DNA of 64,000 bases from Anolis carolinensis (lineage: Eukaryota). Shown one piece after another: positions 51,124 through 63,395 of this stretch; position 1 is the first letter of the stretch, and each line of letters begins with the position of its first letter. Made by a program: the position numbers and the translations under genes. Where the stretch lies: NCBI RefSeq assembly GCF_035594765.1, contig NC_085841.1, forward strand, positions 61,177,636 through 61,241,635, given 5' to 3'. Below the pieces are notes generated by a model. It searched no databases and was not told the DNA's origin. It saw only the letters and a program-made list of their open reading frames with translations.

Positions 51124-52575
51124 AAAGAGAGAGTTTAAAAGATAAAACAATGGAGCAGCAACTCCACACATACCGTAGAACATTTCCCCAAAAGCAGGAA
51201 TGGACAACACTGAAGCTGTTGCATCAACACCCCATGAAGCAACAACCCCATAACATGGAACAAAGTAATTTTCCATGATATCTTTTCTCTTCCAGTCCAG
51301 ATTTTAATCACCTAACTCCACAGGCATTCTAGTATGTACTGGCTTCCATAAAGCTTAATTAATGTTTATCAGTCTGAGGTTAAAACACCCATGTGATTAC
51401 ATTAGAAACCCACTTTCTCGTGCTTTAATACTAAGCAAATATTTCCCCAATATCATGCTGAGCATATTCTGCTCTTTCTGTACCATCTAACACAAACACC
51501 CCATTCTTCCTGGCTGAGGGTCTGCTGAAGTCAATGGACTGCCTTCATTTTGGGGGACGGTGGCATTTTCAGCTTTTGTATATGTGTGGATTTTTGGAGT
51601 CCATGCATGCCTGTGCAGAGATCCCAGTATCATTTCCCTTGTAGCACAAGACCCTTTTCTCACTGCATTTTGCAGCCGCGTTGGGTGTTTCAGGCATAGC
51701 TGTTTCCCTCCCTGCCTGCCTCCCTTCCCTTTTGCCTTTCTTGTGAAAAAGAACACTACAGAATATTGATTGCAGCAGAGAGAGAAGGGCTGTGGTTGAT
51801 AGCTAAGCACTAACCCAGATAGGGCTCAGCATTACATCAGACATCAGGCGAGAGAGTCTGGCAGCAGGCCAGCCTGTAAAAATGGAATGCATTTGCGTCA
51901 CTGTTCCCTTGGTAATGCTTCTTGGAGCCTTGTCAGCTGTCCCCTGAGGTTGTTTCCTTAATATGTCAACAGACATTCCTAAATCTTTAATGCTGAATAG
52001 CTCTTTTCCTCCTCCCAGAACAGTTAGGTGGCTGGGTTTGCAGTGTGTTCCACAGACACAAGTCCAGTTTAAAAACACAGAAAGTCTGAAAGGCGTTTTG
52101 GTGTGTAACAATTGCTCACATTTGGGCTGCGAGACAGCAAATGCTCGCTGTAAACTGGGAGGGGAAAGGCAAGGCATCTCAAAGAAACAATCCTCTCTTC
52201 TGCTTTTTCTCACAACATTAGATTTTGAAGAATGGAAATAATGTTTATTGAATATTTCTTAGGATTTCAGCTGCACTTTTTGACCAGAAATGCAAGTTAA
52301 ATCTGATAACCTTAAAAAAATAGAGCTTTTTTCTAAAATTGTGACCACAGTGACCTCTAGCTTCCACAATGAGATATTAAGGATAGTTTGGTGTCATATC
52401 TCAGCAGGTTCTTTACAAAAGCATTCTTTTGCTTTGCAGTATAATGAATAATGCTCTCTCCCTCTTGCATACTTCCCTTGTAGATGCATACTAATGCCTA
52501 TTTCATTAAGAGCATATAAACATGAGAATAATATTACAGGACATTCTGAGCCAAACAATGAAAGACAGAAACATT

Positions 52576-52978
52576 CCGTATATACTTGAGCATAAGCCAT
52601 GCTTTTCAGCCCTTTTTTAGGGCTGAAAAAGCCCCCCTCGGCTTCTACTCAAGTGAGGGTCCTGGTTGGCTTATATTTGAGTCGGCTTATACTAGTGTAT
52701 ATAGGTAATCAGAGTTGGACAGTTTTATCTCATTACAGTCTTATTTTTTATCTTAAATTAGAGTTTTATGTAAACATTCAAAAACATTTAACCTACTGAG
52801 GCCTCAATTAATGTAATTTTATTGGTATCTATTTTTATTTTACTTTTGAAATTTACTTGTAGTTGCTGCATTTCCTACCTTCATCTTATACTCGAGTCAA
52901 CAAGTTTTCCCAGGTTTTATGGCAAAATTAGTTGCCTCAGCTTAAATTCAGGTCGGCTTATACCTGAGTATATATGGC
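52576..52978. mobile_element. Tc1/mariner (Tc2/pogo-like) MITE
   Basis: TIRs ccgtatatacttgagcataagcc / ggcttatacctgagtatatatgg; internal repeats of cggcttatactcgagt. Confidence 0.75.
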
Positions 52979-53965
52979 AAGTAACTCAGCATATACATGT
53001 TTTGTGCATCAGGCTGTTTACATTCTTGTCAGATTGGTAAGCGTATATTTCAGCCTTCTAGTGTTTCAGCCTCTGTTTGCATTTGTTCCTCAGAAGGCGG
53101 AACCTCCCTATGCTGTCTGGCTCCACAAAAAGAATTATTATTATTTTGCATCCAAATGCCACCTAAACTTTCCAGAGGGGCATTTTTCCACATATTTCTT
53201 CTTCCATGGGCCATTTGAGATGCAAGAGGCATGGCTTTTTTTTTCTTTTTTTTTTGCAACAAAGACTTATACAAAATTTACTTCCATTTCACTTTCAATT
53301 TTCACTTTGCAGGAACCACAAAGGACAACTGGGGGTTATATGTTGCCCATTCCTGATCTAGACAGAGCTTTACCGAGTTACCTTTAGTGATTTGGGGATC
53401 CTTGTATTCCAAAGAAGTCATATTTCCATGCTCAGCCTTTGAAATGAAACAATCAAAATGTTTAACTGAAAGGGAAGAGGTAGAGAATCTTTCATTAGAC
53501 TCTTTCTGCTTATGCCTTGATATAAGAAATGTGTGTTTGGAGTAAAATTATTTAAACTTATTCACTGTATATAGAAGTGGTGTCAGCTGCATTCATCACA
53601 GCACTTCCATTGTTCTAGCTCCAGGATTTCAGGGCAAGCATTGCTGTACAAACATAAGAAAAAGAGACAGAAAACCTCTTGATGCACTTGAGATAGCCTT
53701 GGTGCTGGAGAACAGTCTGTCTCCCCTGGAAACAAAACAAACAGGAGACACAAGTTCCAGTGTCAGGAATGCAAGGTAGCATGAAACCAAAAATAAAATA
53801 AAATTGATCAGAACATGGAAAAGGGAGGTTTATTTTTTGCTTTGTTTCATTTTCTTGTTTTGTTTTGGTCTACAACCCCCAAACTCTCCTAGCCTGCATG
53901 CATGTGCAGACTGAGAAAAGCTGGAAGTTGTGAAATTATTATTATTGCAAGAAAATAGGGGTTAG

Positions 53966-54429
53966 AGCAGAGATATCACACTGGCAACAAAGGTCCGCAT
54001 AGTTAAAACAATAGTATTCCCCATAGTAACCCATGGATGTGAGAGCTGGACCATAAGGAAGGCAGAGCGAAGGAATAATAGATGTTTTTGAACTTTGGTG
54101 TTGGAGGAAAATCCTGAGAGTTCCTTGGGCTGCCAGAAGATCCACCCAGTCCAATTATTTCCTCCAGGAAATAATGCCCAGCTTCTCACTGGAGGGAAGG
54201 ATATTAGAGGCAAAAATGAAGAATTTTGGCCACATCACGAGAAGACAGGAAAGCTTGGAAAAGATCACGATGCTGGGGAAAATGGAAGGAAAAAGGAAGA
54301 GGGGCCAACCAAGATGGGTGGATGGTATCCTTGAACTCACTGGCCTGACCTTGAAGGAACTGGGGACAGTGACAGCCGACAGGAAGCTCTGGCGTGGACT
54401 GGATGACTGAATGAATAAACAACAACAAC
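53966..54429 (+). mobile_element. BovB (RTE) LINE 3' fragment
   Basis: SLEGRILEAKMKNFGHITRRQESLEKITMLGKMEGKRKRGQP; (CAA)n tail; 9-bp TSD aggggttag at 53957-53965 and 54430-54438. Confidence 0.9.
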
Positions 54430-54662
54430 AGGGGTTAGTTTGCTGAAAGAATTAAAAACAAATCAGGGTTCTGCCTGTAACCCAAATGTGTGCCAGATAT
54501 AGAGGCACCTATTGCAATCAATGATGCTTTTACTACTGAACATATGAATACATTATGTTTTAAATGTTATAATGTATTTTAATGATGTATTTTTATAGTT
54601 TTAATTGATGATATGTACTGTTTTTGTTTTATTATTATGTTCTTGGCATTAAATGTCTTTTT

Positions 54663-54815
54663 GCCTTTCCCTGCCAAAGTGGTACCTATTTATCTACTCA
54701 CATTTGCATGTTTTCAAACTGCTAGGTCGGCTAGTGCTAGGGTTAACAGTGGGAGCTCACACCATCCTGCAGATTCAAACTGCCAACCTTCAGGTTAGCA
54801 GTTCAGCAGCACATT
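54663..54815 (-). mobile_element. Partial Sauria SINE
   Basis: ggtacctatttatctactcacatttgcatgttttcaaactgctagg matches the other copies. Confidence 0.8.
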
Positions 54816-55848
54816 GGTATGTCTTTATATCAAATATTAGTTTTTCCACCACAGGACTGTGATCATGTATGATCTAGTATCTGGTCTAACAACTACCATA
54901 ATTTTATAGTATAGACATGTACAAGCAATTTTTCAAAATATGCCAAACTGTAATGTGATATGAAATGAACACTACTATAATTGATTACATACATTTATAA
55001 GTGAAGGAAATATTTGATTTCAGTCAGAAAAAAATAAAAGTAATAAGTTGATTTGTTTTTTAGTTCATGCTCATGAACTCCCTGAAACCTTTCCATGGAC
55101 CCCTGGTTAAGAACCCCTGGTCTAGTGTGACTGGTAGTGGCATGCTGGGATTTGAGGCAACCATTGTTGGCATCTCTTCTTCCCTATTTAACTTTCATGA
55201 AGGTGCAGAGGTGGCATTCTGGGGTCTTCCTCATGCAAAGCATGCACTGCATCCACGACCTCTGAGCAGGGGAACTGGAACTGCTTTTAAGGTGGGAGAA
55301 AGGGCTTAACATTGGCAGGCAGGTTGTTATTAATTTTGTCTACTTGCAAGTATCTGGTGTGAAAGGGCATGTTACTTCTCCATCAGTTATCATTCTTAAA
55401 TATCAAAATTCTGGCAACCACATGTACTTCGACATTTCCTCAATGTGTTTGGTTTAGCTTGATTTCAAATAACGAGCCATAGCATGGATTGCAGGAAGCC
55501 TGATTCCTGGGGGAGCTCAACCACAATATATGCAATACATGATTTATCATTTATTACACTTTTAATAGAGAATACCTGGGGAGGTTCATCTTAAAAGGGT
55601 CTTGCCAGAAAATGGGGAAGGGAGGGGGAGCCCAGCTAGTCTAGTCTTATAGGGGGTCCTATTCTCCCTTGATCTGGGTTGCATGGAGGGGTTTGTTGCT
55701 TATGGCAGTCATTTAATCACATTTATAAGCAAGACTACAATAAATGACTGATTTAAATGAATTATGTCTTCTCCTTGTATTTTATTATGTAGGGATTCAC
55801 TTTAAATTGTATAACCACTTGTTTGTTGTGTGTTTTCCTCTTGCTCTG

Positions 55849-55995
55849 GGGCCCCATCTACACTGTCACATAAGGCAGTCTCAAACTGCAAAAGTGTAGA
55901 TTCATGTAATGCAGTTTAACTGCGTTATATGAGTCTACAGCGACTACTATATATTGCAGTGTCAAATTGCACTATATGGCATTGTAGATGGGGCC
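55849..55995. mobile_element. Short Harbinger-like MITE
   Basis: TIR ggccccatctacact / tgtagatggggcc. Confidence 0.75.
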
Positions 55996-56335
55996 TTAGA
56001 TCTCCTCAACTCAAAAAGCACTAACATCACTTTCTGGATCTTGCATCCACTCTCTCCCTTTAATGTCTGAATCCAGGAGTGATTTCATATTAAACAATTT
56101 TAACACACTGCTTTGACTTCAGTTGCTGTGGAACTACAACTCCCAGGGAGAGGATTCTAAATGCCCTTCCTTAAACTGCAAATCCTAGGATTCCAACAGT
56201 TGCGAAAGCACTATTTTCTTGGTTCCCTCTACTAAAGTGAAAAGTATGGTTACAATCTTCTTCTTTTTTTTGCAAGTTTTGTATTGAGTTCCCTAAAGAA
56301 GATAGCATCAGTTTAGAAATTGCTATAGAATCCTC

Positions 56336-56473
56336 AGGGCCATATAACCCAGAATATCAAGGCAGAATAACCCACAATATCTGCTTTGAACTGGGTTATA
56401 TGAGTCCATATGGCCACATATCCCAGTTCAAAGCAGAAAATGTGGGACTTTATTCAGCTGTGTGGAAGGGGCC
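56336..56473. mobile_element. Short Harbinger-like MITE (partial)
   Basis: Internal palindrome ctgctttgaactggg...cccagttcaaagcag; ends tgtggaaggggcc. Confidence 0.65.
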
Positions 56474-57479
56474 TCTGGGAACTGAGACTTTCTCTGTGTG
56501 TGTTTAGTTCCTTCCTCATGCTGGTTACAATCCGGTGCAACATCTTTTCTGAACAATAGCTAGATCTGAATACTGATAGCCTAGAGAACGTTGAATAAAA
56601 ACTGTTTGTTGGAAACTTGATTTTCAGAGGGCAAAATCTTGGCATCTGCTCTAACAAGAAGGGGAAAAGAAAGAAGATGGATAACCTAGGCTTAAAAATA
56701 TAAACACTGCTTCCCTTAAGTGCAGTAGAGACCATCTATTATGTGTCTGTATGTATGAGAAAGAGATAGATAGACACACACACACATAGACTGTTTGGAT
56801 ATGAAGTAACTTCTCTGATATTCTGTGTTGCCTGAGAGATTAGTGCAGGAGGCCTTTGTGTCTTCATTTATTAACCAGTCTTTTTCAACCTAAAGTAATT
56901 GTTGGGAAGGTTAAGGGTTGGTTGATTCGGGGTTATGCTTGTCTTCATCCATAACAAACTCATTTTCATTAAACTCTGGTTTGGAATCAACAGCCTCACT
57001 GTATTTTACTATTGCACAAGAAGAAGGGAACCTCCAATCTATGGGTTTCATTCAGTCCAGAGGAGATTTCCTCTCTAACTCCACAGAGGATATATTCTGC
57101 CCTCATCATAGAGAAAAAAAAAACATTCAAAACCTGGAAAAGGCATGCAGTGTAATGACCTCTAGTTTACAAACTGCCCAGTTTTTGTGTGAATCAGGAG
57201 CTCTGGTTTGTAAACTGACATGGATTTCAACAGATCAGTAGCTCTGATCTGCAGATGCCGGAGTTCAATTTTTGTAGAGTGGCAAGATTAATTCAGTTTA
57301 GGTAAAACTGAAACAGGAATATGGATGTTAAAATATACCATTAAATACGGCACTCTTTATGCCTGAGAAAATAGTTTGATTTTAAAAAGCAATTTTTTGG
57401 TTCACACAATTAATTTTGGATTGATATTTTAAGCAATAGCTTTCTTGTACAACACAATGATAAAGGAATAGGATTGCGA

Positions 57480-57712
57480 TTGTGGTGATGTGCCTTCAGG
57501 TCAATTGCAAGGACTGATGACTGTAAGGAAACCTCTCATGGAGTTTTCTTCGCAAGAGTTGTTCAGGGAGGGTTTGCCTTTGCTTTCCTCTGTGGCTGAG
57601 AGAGTGTGACTTGCTTAAGGTCTCCCGATGAGTTTTCAGGGTCATGCAGGGGTTCAAACCCTGATCTCCAGTGTCTTAGTCCAATGCTCCATCCACTACA
57701 CCACATAGGCTC
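57480..57712 (-). mobile_element. tRNA-derived SINE with RTE-type tail
   Basis: Minus strand ggtgtagtgg (A box), gggtttgaacccc (B box), tail gaaggcacatcac. Confidence 0.7.
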
Positions 57713-58547
57713 TAAGGAATAGGTGCTGAGATTACAACTAATTCTTGCTGGAAAGAACAGTACTAATAGGGTTCAATTAAGGTAATATGTCACTGGAATA
57801 ATTTTTGTTTCAAGCATTTTCAGCTTTCATCATGTCTTGGATAAATTAGAATGAGCTGAGAATATTTTTTAAAAAAAACCTCTGGATGATTTTTTCCTGA
57901 ACCATCCGTATTCATTGCTACCTTTATGGCAATTTACTCCCCAAATATGTAATTCCTTCTGTTTGTTCTAAAAATTGTGACCGTTTCTTAGGTGAGGAGA
58001 TGGATAGAATGATCCTGGCACCTATTCTTCCTCCTTATCTTTCCCACTAATGTGAGAGATTGTGGTGCATTCAAGAATTTGGATTGTGCATGCTGACGTG
58101 TACAATTCAAATGATAAAACCAAGAGCAGATTTTATATTGGAACCAATGTTGTCCTGAAACCTATTTTTGCATATATATTATACAGAACATGGTTTTCTC
58201 TTGATCTCAGCACCTGTGCTTTGTTGTACAGAAAGTCAAATAGATGTTATTGAAAAAGTAAAGACTTGAGAACATTTCCATTCACCTGCAATAAAATATT
58301 CAAACAAAGCAGTGTATGATTCAGATAAATTGCACCTTTGTAGAACACGGAATTTATCCTTGTGTTTAACCAGCGTTAGGGAAATGTTAACCGAGTTTGG
58401 TAAGTGCTCTTTCATGTACTCGGTGACTTGGAAAGCTGAATCTTGACTTTATTAGCATACTTATTGAAATAAACATACTTACCTGTTTCCTGATTTAGAG
58501 TTCTTCACTGAATACCCCAAAACAGCCCACTAAGGCCTTTGGATATA

Positions 58548-58870
58548 CAGTAGAGTCTCACTTATCCAACACTCGCTTATCCAACGTTCTGGATTATCCA
58601 ACGCATTTTTGTAGCCAATGTTTTCAATAAATCATGATATTTTGGTGCTAAATTCGTAAATACAGTAATTACTACGTAGCATTACTGTGTATTGAATTAC
58701 TTTTTATGTCAAATCTGTTGTATAACATGATGTTTTGGTGCTTAATTTGTAAAATCATAACCTAATTTAATGTTTAATAGGCTTTTCCTTAATCTCTCCT
58801 TATTATCCAACATATTCGCTTATCCAACGTTCTGCTGGCCCGTTTACGTTGGATAAGTGAGACTCTACTG
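58548..58870. mobile_element. 323-bp Tigger/pogo-like MITE
   Basis: TIR cagtagagtctcacttatccaac / gttggataagtgagactctactg; TA TSD. Confidence 0.9.
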
Positions 58871-59006
58871 TACCACTCAATTAGCTGTGAGCAGTGAGAC
58901 GGCAGGATCCCTAAAACCAAATACCATTAATTTCCATCTTTGTGGAAAGCAGGTTCTGGATTCAATCTAGTGACCTGTCCATATGATAGCTTTTAATGTT
59001 CTTGGT

Positions 59007-59296
59007 GGAGTCCCTGATGGCACAGTGGGTTAAACCCTTGTGCCAGCAAGACTGATGACTTGAAGGTTGGGTTGCTGACCTGAAGGTTGCCAGTTCGAAT
59101 CCAACTCGGGAAGAGCGCGAATTAGCTCCCTCTATCAGCTTTAGCTCCATGCGGGGACATGAGAGAACCATCCCACAAGGATGGTAAAAACATCAAAACA
59201 TCCGGACGTCCCCTGGGTAATGTCTTTGCAAACGGCCAATTCTATCACACCAGAAGCAACTTGCAGTTTCTCAAGTAGCTCCTGCCATGGAAAAAA
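59007..59296 (+). mobile_element. tRNA-derived SINE (same family as 18956-19252)
   Basis: B box gttcgaatcc; tail gcagtttctcaagtagctcctgccatgg + A-run. Confidence 0.8.
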
Positions 59297-59325
59297 GTTC
59301 TTGGTTTGCCTTCTGCTTTTTAACC

Positions 59326-59460
59326 CAATGGTTCCCAACCTTTGGTCCTCCAGGTGTTTTGGACTTCAGTTTCTACAACTCCTAACAGTTGGCAAGATGG
59401 CTGGGATTTTTGGGAGTTGAAGTCCAAAATATCTGGAGGACTAAGGGTTGGAAACCAATG
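59326..59460. mobile_element. 135-bp hAT MITE (second subfamily)
   Basis: TIR caatggttcccaacc / ggttggaaaccaatg; exact 8-bp TSD ttttaacc. Confidence 0.85.
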
Positions 59461-60979
59461 TTTTAACCCAATCAACCCCACTGCCCCAGTCTCATTACAG
59501 TGCCAATAATCCTCCACATAGATGCAAGAGATTATAGGACTTGTGTCTTGCATATCTGGAGGGAAATTTCTATTTAATCCATAAGTTAGGGTACACTAGT
59601 TTGGGAAATATCAACAGAAGGACTTGGGTGATGAATATGTATTTCTGTTTTAAGTGAGATGCCATGTTTTCAAAGAAGCACACACACTGCTGGGTTCTCC
59701 ACCCTCCTCCACTGCTGCTTATCAGTTGTACAGACTGGTGCAAATCCAGTTTGGGGGGAAACACACTCTGCTTTGCCTGGATTAGAATGTGCTGAATCAT
59801 GGCATCTGGTCCCCTACATTTAAGCCACGTGGAATGCCTTCTCTTCCCAACCTCTCAGCTTTAAAACCTAGTAATTAGTAGCTCTTGTTTCATCTTCCTG
59901 ACTGGTTACAACCTGCTGTGGTATCAGGCACAGACTTTGACAAACAACAAAACAGCTAGCTCAAATTCCACACTGGAGTGCATGCACCTCAGTCTGGTGG
60001 AGTGCATGCACCTCAGTCTGGATTGGGCTTCCCTCTACAGAGTAGTAAAACCTGTCCTCTTTACTTTGCTAATGTCTGCATGATATAAATGTATATTTGA
60101 ACTACGTGATAAAGGAATTGATTTTACTGAATTAGTGGATAACATTTATGTGAAATGTATGTCTTTAATCATTCTCAAGACACTCTCCAGATCTATTGAT
60201 TAATCATCTGTTAGCCATGGTTGCTAGAGGCTATAGAAGTTTCAAATCCATGCATGGTAGAGGGTAATAAGTTAGGAAAGACCAAATTATAAAACCTAAC
60301 TAAACATCACTGAATCAACTGCTGAATAGTAAAGTAACACTTCTAGAATCCCATTGATTCAATGGATGTATTTTAGTTGAGGCTAGCAATTGGATTTAGG
60401 CCTCAGTATGTACATAAATAGAAACACAGTACAACAGAAGTTAATGGATCCAATAAATAGATCAGGTGAAAAAGATCACAGAATGACATTTGCCTTCAAA
60501 CCTCCAACATATAGAGGGCTGGCTTGGATTGTGACAGTTTTGCAGAGATTAATAAAAGAAGCCAATGTAACTGAGCCACATCCAAAAAACATTTAGGAAG
60601 TTGGTTCAAAGGGATTCACCATAATTTGTGTTAGCTTTTCTCAGGGCTGGCTCTCCCATTACATTTTGTAATCACATTTGAGGTGGGGATTTAAAAAAAA
60701 ATAGCTTAGCTATAATAGGTACTATGTGTACGAGTAAGGACACCATTTGTTATTTTTCCTAGGTCCACAAAATATAGTGGGCCAACCCTAGTTTTACATT
60801 CAAACTGTATGTTCTAAAGAACCAACACACGGAAACAGTCATGTATTTTCCCCCACTTATTAGATTTTGAAGCAATTGTTTGGTTTTCTTGGAGGTTTGC
60901 CAATTTCTTTAGGACTTTTAACACACAATGCAACACCTACTATTAATGACTGTTAGCCTCCTATAGTAAAGAGAAAAGT

Positions 60980-61665
60980 GTTTAGGCAGGCATAATAAGC
61001 AGGTTTAATAAGCAGGTTTAATAAGCAGGCAGTGGCATGAACAGCTAGAACACTGCTAACAGGATGTGTTGCAGATGATAGAGCTTTGATACTTTTTATC
61101 TATTGTCCAGAATAGGAGACAAGTATCTAATTTCCCCATTCAAGAGATATAAAAATCCTTTCCTCTTTTGAAGATGCTCAGTGTAAAGGAATGGCCTTCC
61201 TTACCTATGGAAGTGACAGTGAATCGGCTCTCCACTTAAAAAGTTTGAGGACCCCCTGCTCTAGAGGATAGAGTGCTTAAGTTTAGTGCCTCTAGAAAGG
61301 AGGACTGTGAGGTTTTAAAAAGCCTGTTTTGTTCTTTTGTGAGGGAACATAGTTTCTGAAGAAGTCAGGTTGAAGTACCATTTTATTTTAAGTAACCAGT
61401 CTGTTTTGTTCTGTAACCAGTGTGCAACCTTTTTGTTCAAGTGCAAATAAACTTCTCAGTTCAGTTTTTCTTCACCTCAAGTTTTCGTGTGCCTTTCTGT
61501 TCATCATAATAAAGAGGTGGCCTGTCTATTAACCATCGCTCCGTAAGTCAGAGTTTCCCTCCATTTCTTTCTGTATCTCTGTATGTTGGCTCTGGTGAGT
61601 GGTGGCACATATTTGTTATAATTGGTGGCAGCAAAGGTACATATAATAAAACTGGTGGCAGCAAA
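60980..61665 (+). mobile_element. Possible degraded LTR
   Basis: TATAAAA near 61148, two AATAAA, then repeated tggtggcagc (tRNA-Leu PBS-like); boundaries uncertain. Confidence 0.3.
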
Positions 61666-62209
61666 TGGCCTTGCCTGCCAGACTCAGCCTAGAATTCACT
61701 CAGCTTTTGATTTTAGAGAGCAATTAAATGCTGATTATTATTCACCACTATAATAGGCCATTGAATCAATGAGAACCTAATAAGTCAATATTTTCTCTCT
61801 AAGTTCTCGTGAAGCAATGGGTCTAATCTTGTTGGGAACATCTATTGGATGCAGGCCAACCTATAAAAGTGTTGATTTACAAGGCTTCCAGTGAGTGACT
61901 GAGTCTATGCTTGTTGTGACGATTGCAGTCCTGGAAAAATGCACCGCACACAGATACAATTGAACTGTAGTTTTCAGTACTCATCACCACTGGCTGTAGC
62001 TGGCTAGAGTTGACAAGGTTTGCAGTCCAACAGCATCTGGAGGGCCACGTTTTGTTTACTGTTAAACTACTGAATTTATACCATACGCACAAATACTGTG
62101 TGAGAGAATAGAACACAAAGATTTAGAATAGTGTTTTTACAATGTGCCGGTTAAAATTGAAACATTAGTTTCTTAGGATATTATTAAGGATGTGTTTTCC
62201 CCAATAAGG

Positions 62210-62344
62210 TAGTGGTTCCTAACCTTGTGTCCTCCAGGTATTTTGAACTTCAACTCCCAGAAATGCCAGCAATCTAACAAGCTGTTAGTAATGGTGGGAG
62301 CTAAAGTCCAAAACACCTGGAGGACTAAAGGTTGGGAACCACTG
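62210..62344. mobile_element. 135-bp hAT MITE
   Basis: agtggttcctaacc / ggttgggaaccactg; inverse of the 59326 copy. Confidence 0.8.
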
Positions 62345-62372
62345 CCCTCGGAGAATATTTTAGAGACATCAC

Positions 62373-62989
62373 GAACGGCAGCCAGGCTTATAACTGGAGC
62401 GGCATACAGGGAGCACACCACTCCTCTGTTGCGTCAGCTCCACTGGCTGCCAATATGCTACCGAGCCCAATTCAAAGTGCTGGTTTTGGCCTACAAAGCC
62501 CTAAACGGTTCTGGTCCAACTTACCTATCCGAACGTATCTCCTCCTATGAGCCCATGAGAACTTTAAGATCGTCTGGGGAGGCCCTGCTCTCGGTCCCAC
62601 CTGCCTCACAAGTGTGGCTGGTGGGAACGAGGGACAGGGCCTTCTCGGTGGTGGCTCCTCGGCTGTGGAACTCCCTCCCCAGTGACATCCGGCAGGCTCC
62701 ATCCCTTCTGAGTTTCAGAAAAAAGGTAAAGACCTGGCTTTGCGAACAAGCGTTTAATGAATGAATTATGATGGCTTTAACTCGGTCCGGACTAAGGTTT
62801 ACGTGCAAGGTTTATGTGGACGAATGGATTAAGTATTTTATTATACTGTTTTAAATGTATTTATGGGATTGTTTTAAATTGATTGTTTTAATTGCTATGT
62901 TTTATTTTTCTACTGTATTGTGAGCCGCCCTGAGTCCCTTCGGGTGAGAAGGGCGGCATATAAATGATGGAAATAAATAAATAAATAAA
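62373..62989 (+). mobile_element. Young L2 LINE, 5'-truncated (ORF2 C-terminus and 3' UTR)
   Basis: Open frame AARLITG...HTTPLLRQLHWLPI.YRAQFKVLVLAYKALNGSGPTYL...RAFSVVAPRLWNSLP...KKVKTWL, stop at 62764; (taaa)n tail; TSD atcac. Confidence 0.92.
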
Positions 62990-63011
62990 ATCACCTCTAT
63001 TTTTATATATA

Positions 63012-63132
63012 CAGATTGAACATTCCTTACCTGAATTCCAAAATAGTTCATATGGGTGGCTGAGACAGTGACACTTTTGCTTTCTGCTGGTTTAGTGTAT
63101 TTAATGTACATAAGCCTTGTTTCAATGCTATC

Positions 63133-63189
<57 letters not shown>

Positions 63190-63395
63190 ATATTGTGTAA
63201 ATTTACTCACAGCCTGTGTTTAGAATGTATATATGAAACATATGTGCATTTTGCATTTAAACTTGGATCCCATCTCCAAAATATCTCATTATGTACGTAA
63301 ATGCAAATAGAGGTATTTCTAAATAAATAATAATAATAATCTGAAATTCAAAACACTTTCGTCCTAAGTATTTGGGATGTGAGCAAAGGCAACTG
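63012..63395. mobile_element. Old Tigger-like MITE containing an (ATCT)n microsatellite
   Basis: ta|cagattgaacattcctta...ggcaactg; (ATCT)n at about 63134-63188. Confidence 0.55.

Noticed and set aside
58390-58426. miR-302/430-like sequence TAAGTGCT...CATGT...GGTGA
   Set aside because: Only a 7-bp stem (accgagt/actcggt); no complementary arm of pre-miRNA length
58475-58485. ATACTTACCTG, identical to the U1 snRNA 5' end
   Set aside because: Downstream sequence does not continue as U1; it is a reverse-strand donor consensus
62225-62764. 179-aa ORF as a host gene
   Set aside because: Chance fusion of a hAT MITE frame with the L2 ORF2 C-terminus; it begins with TTG and has no promoter evidence
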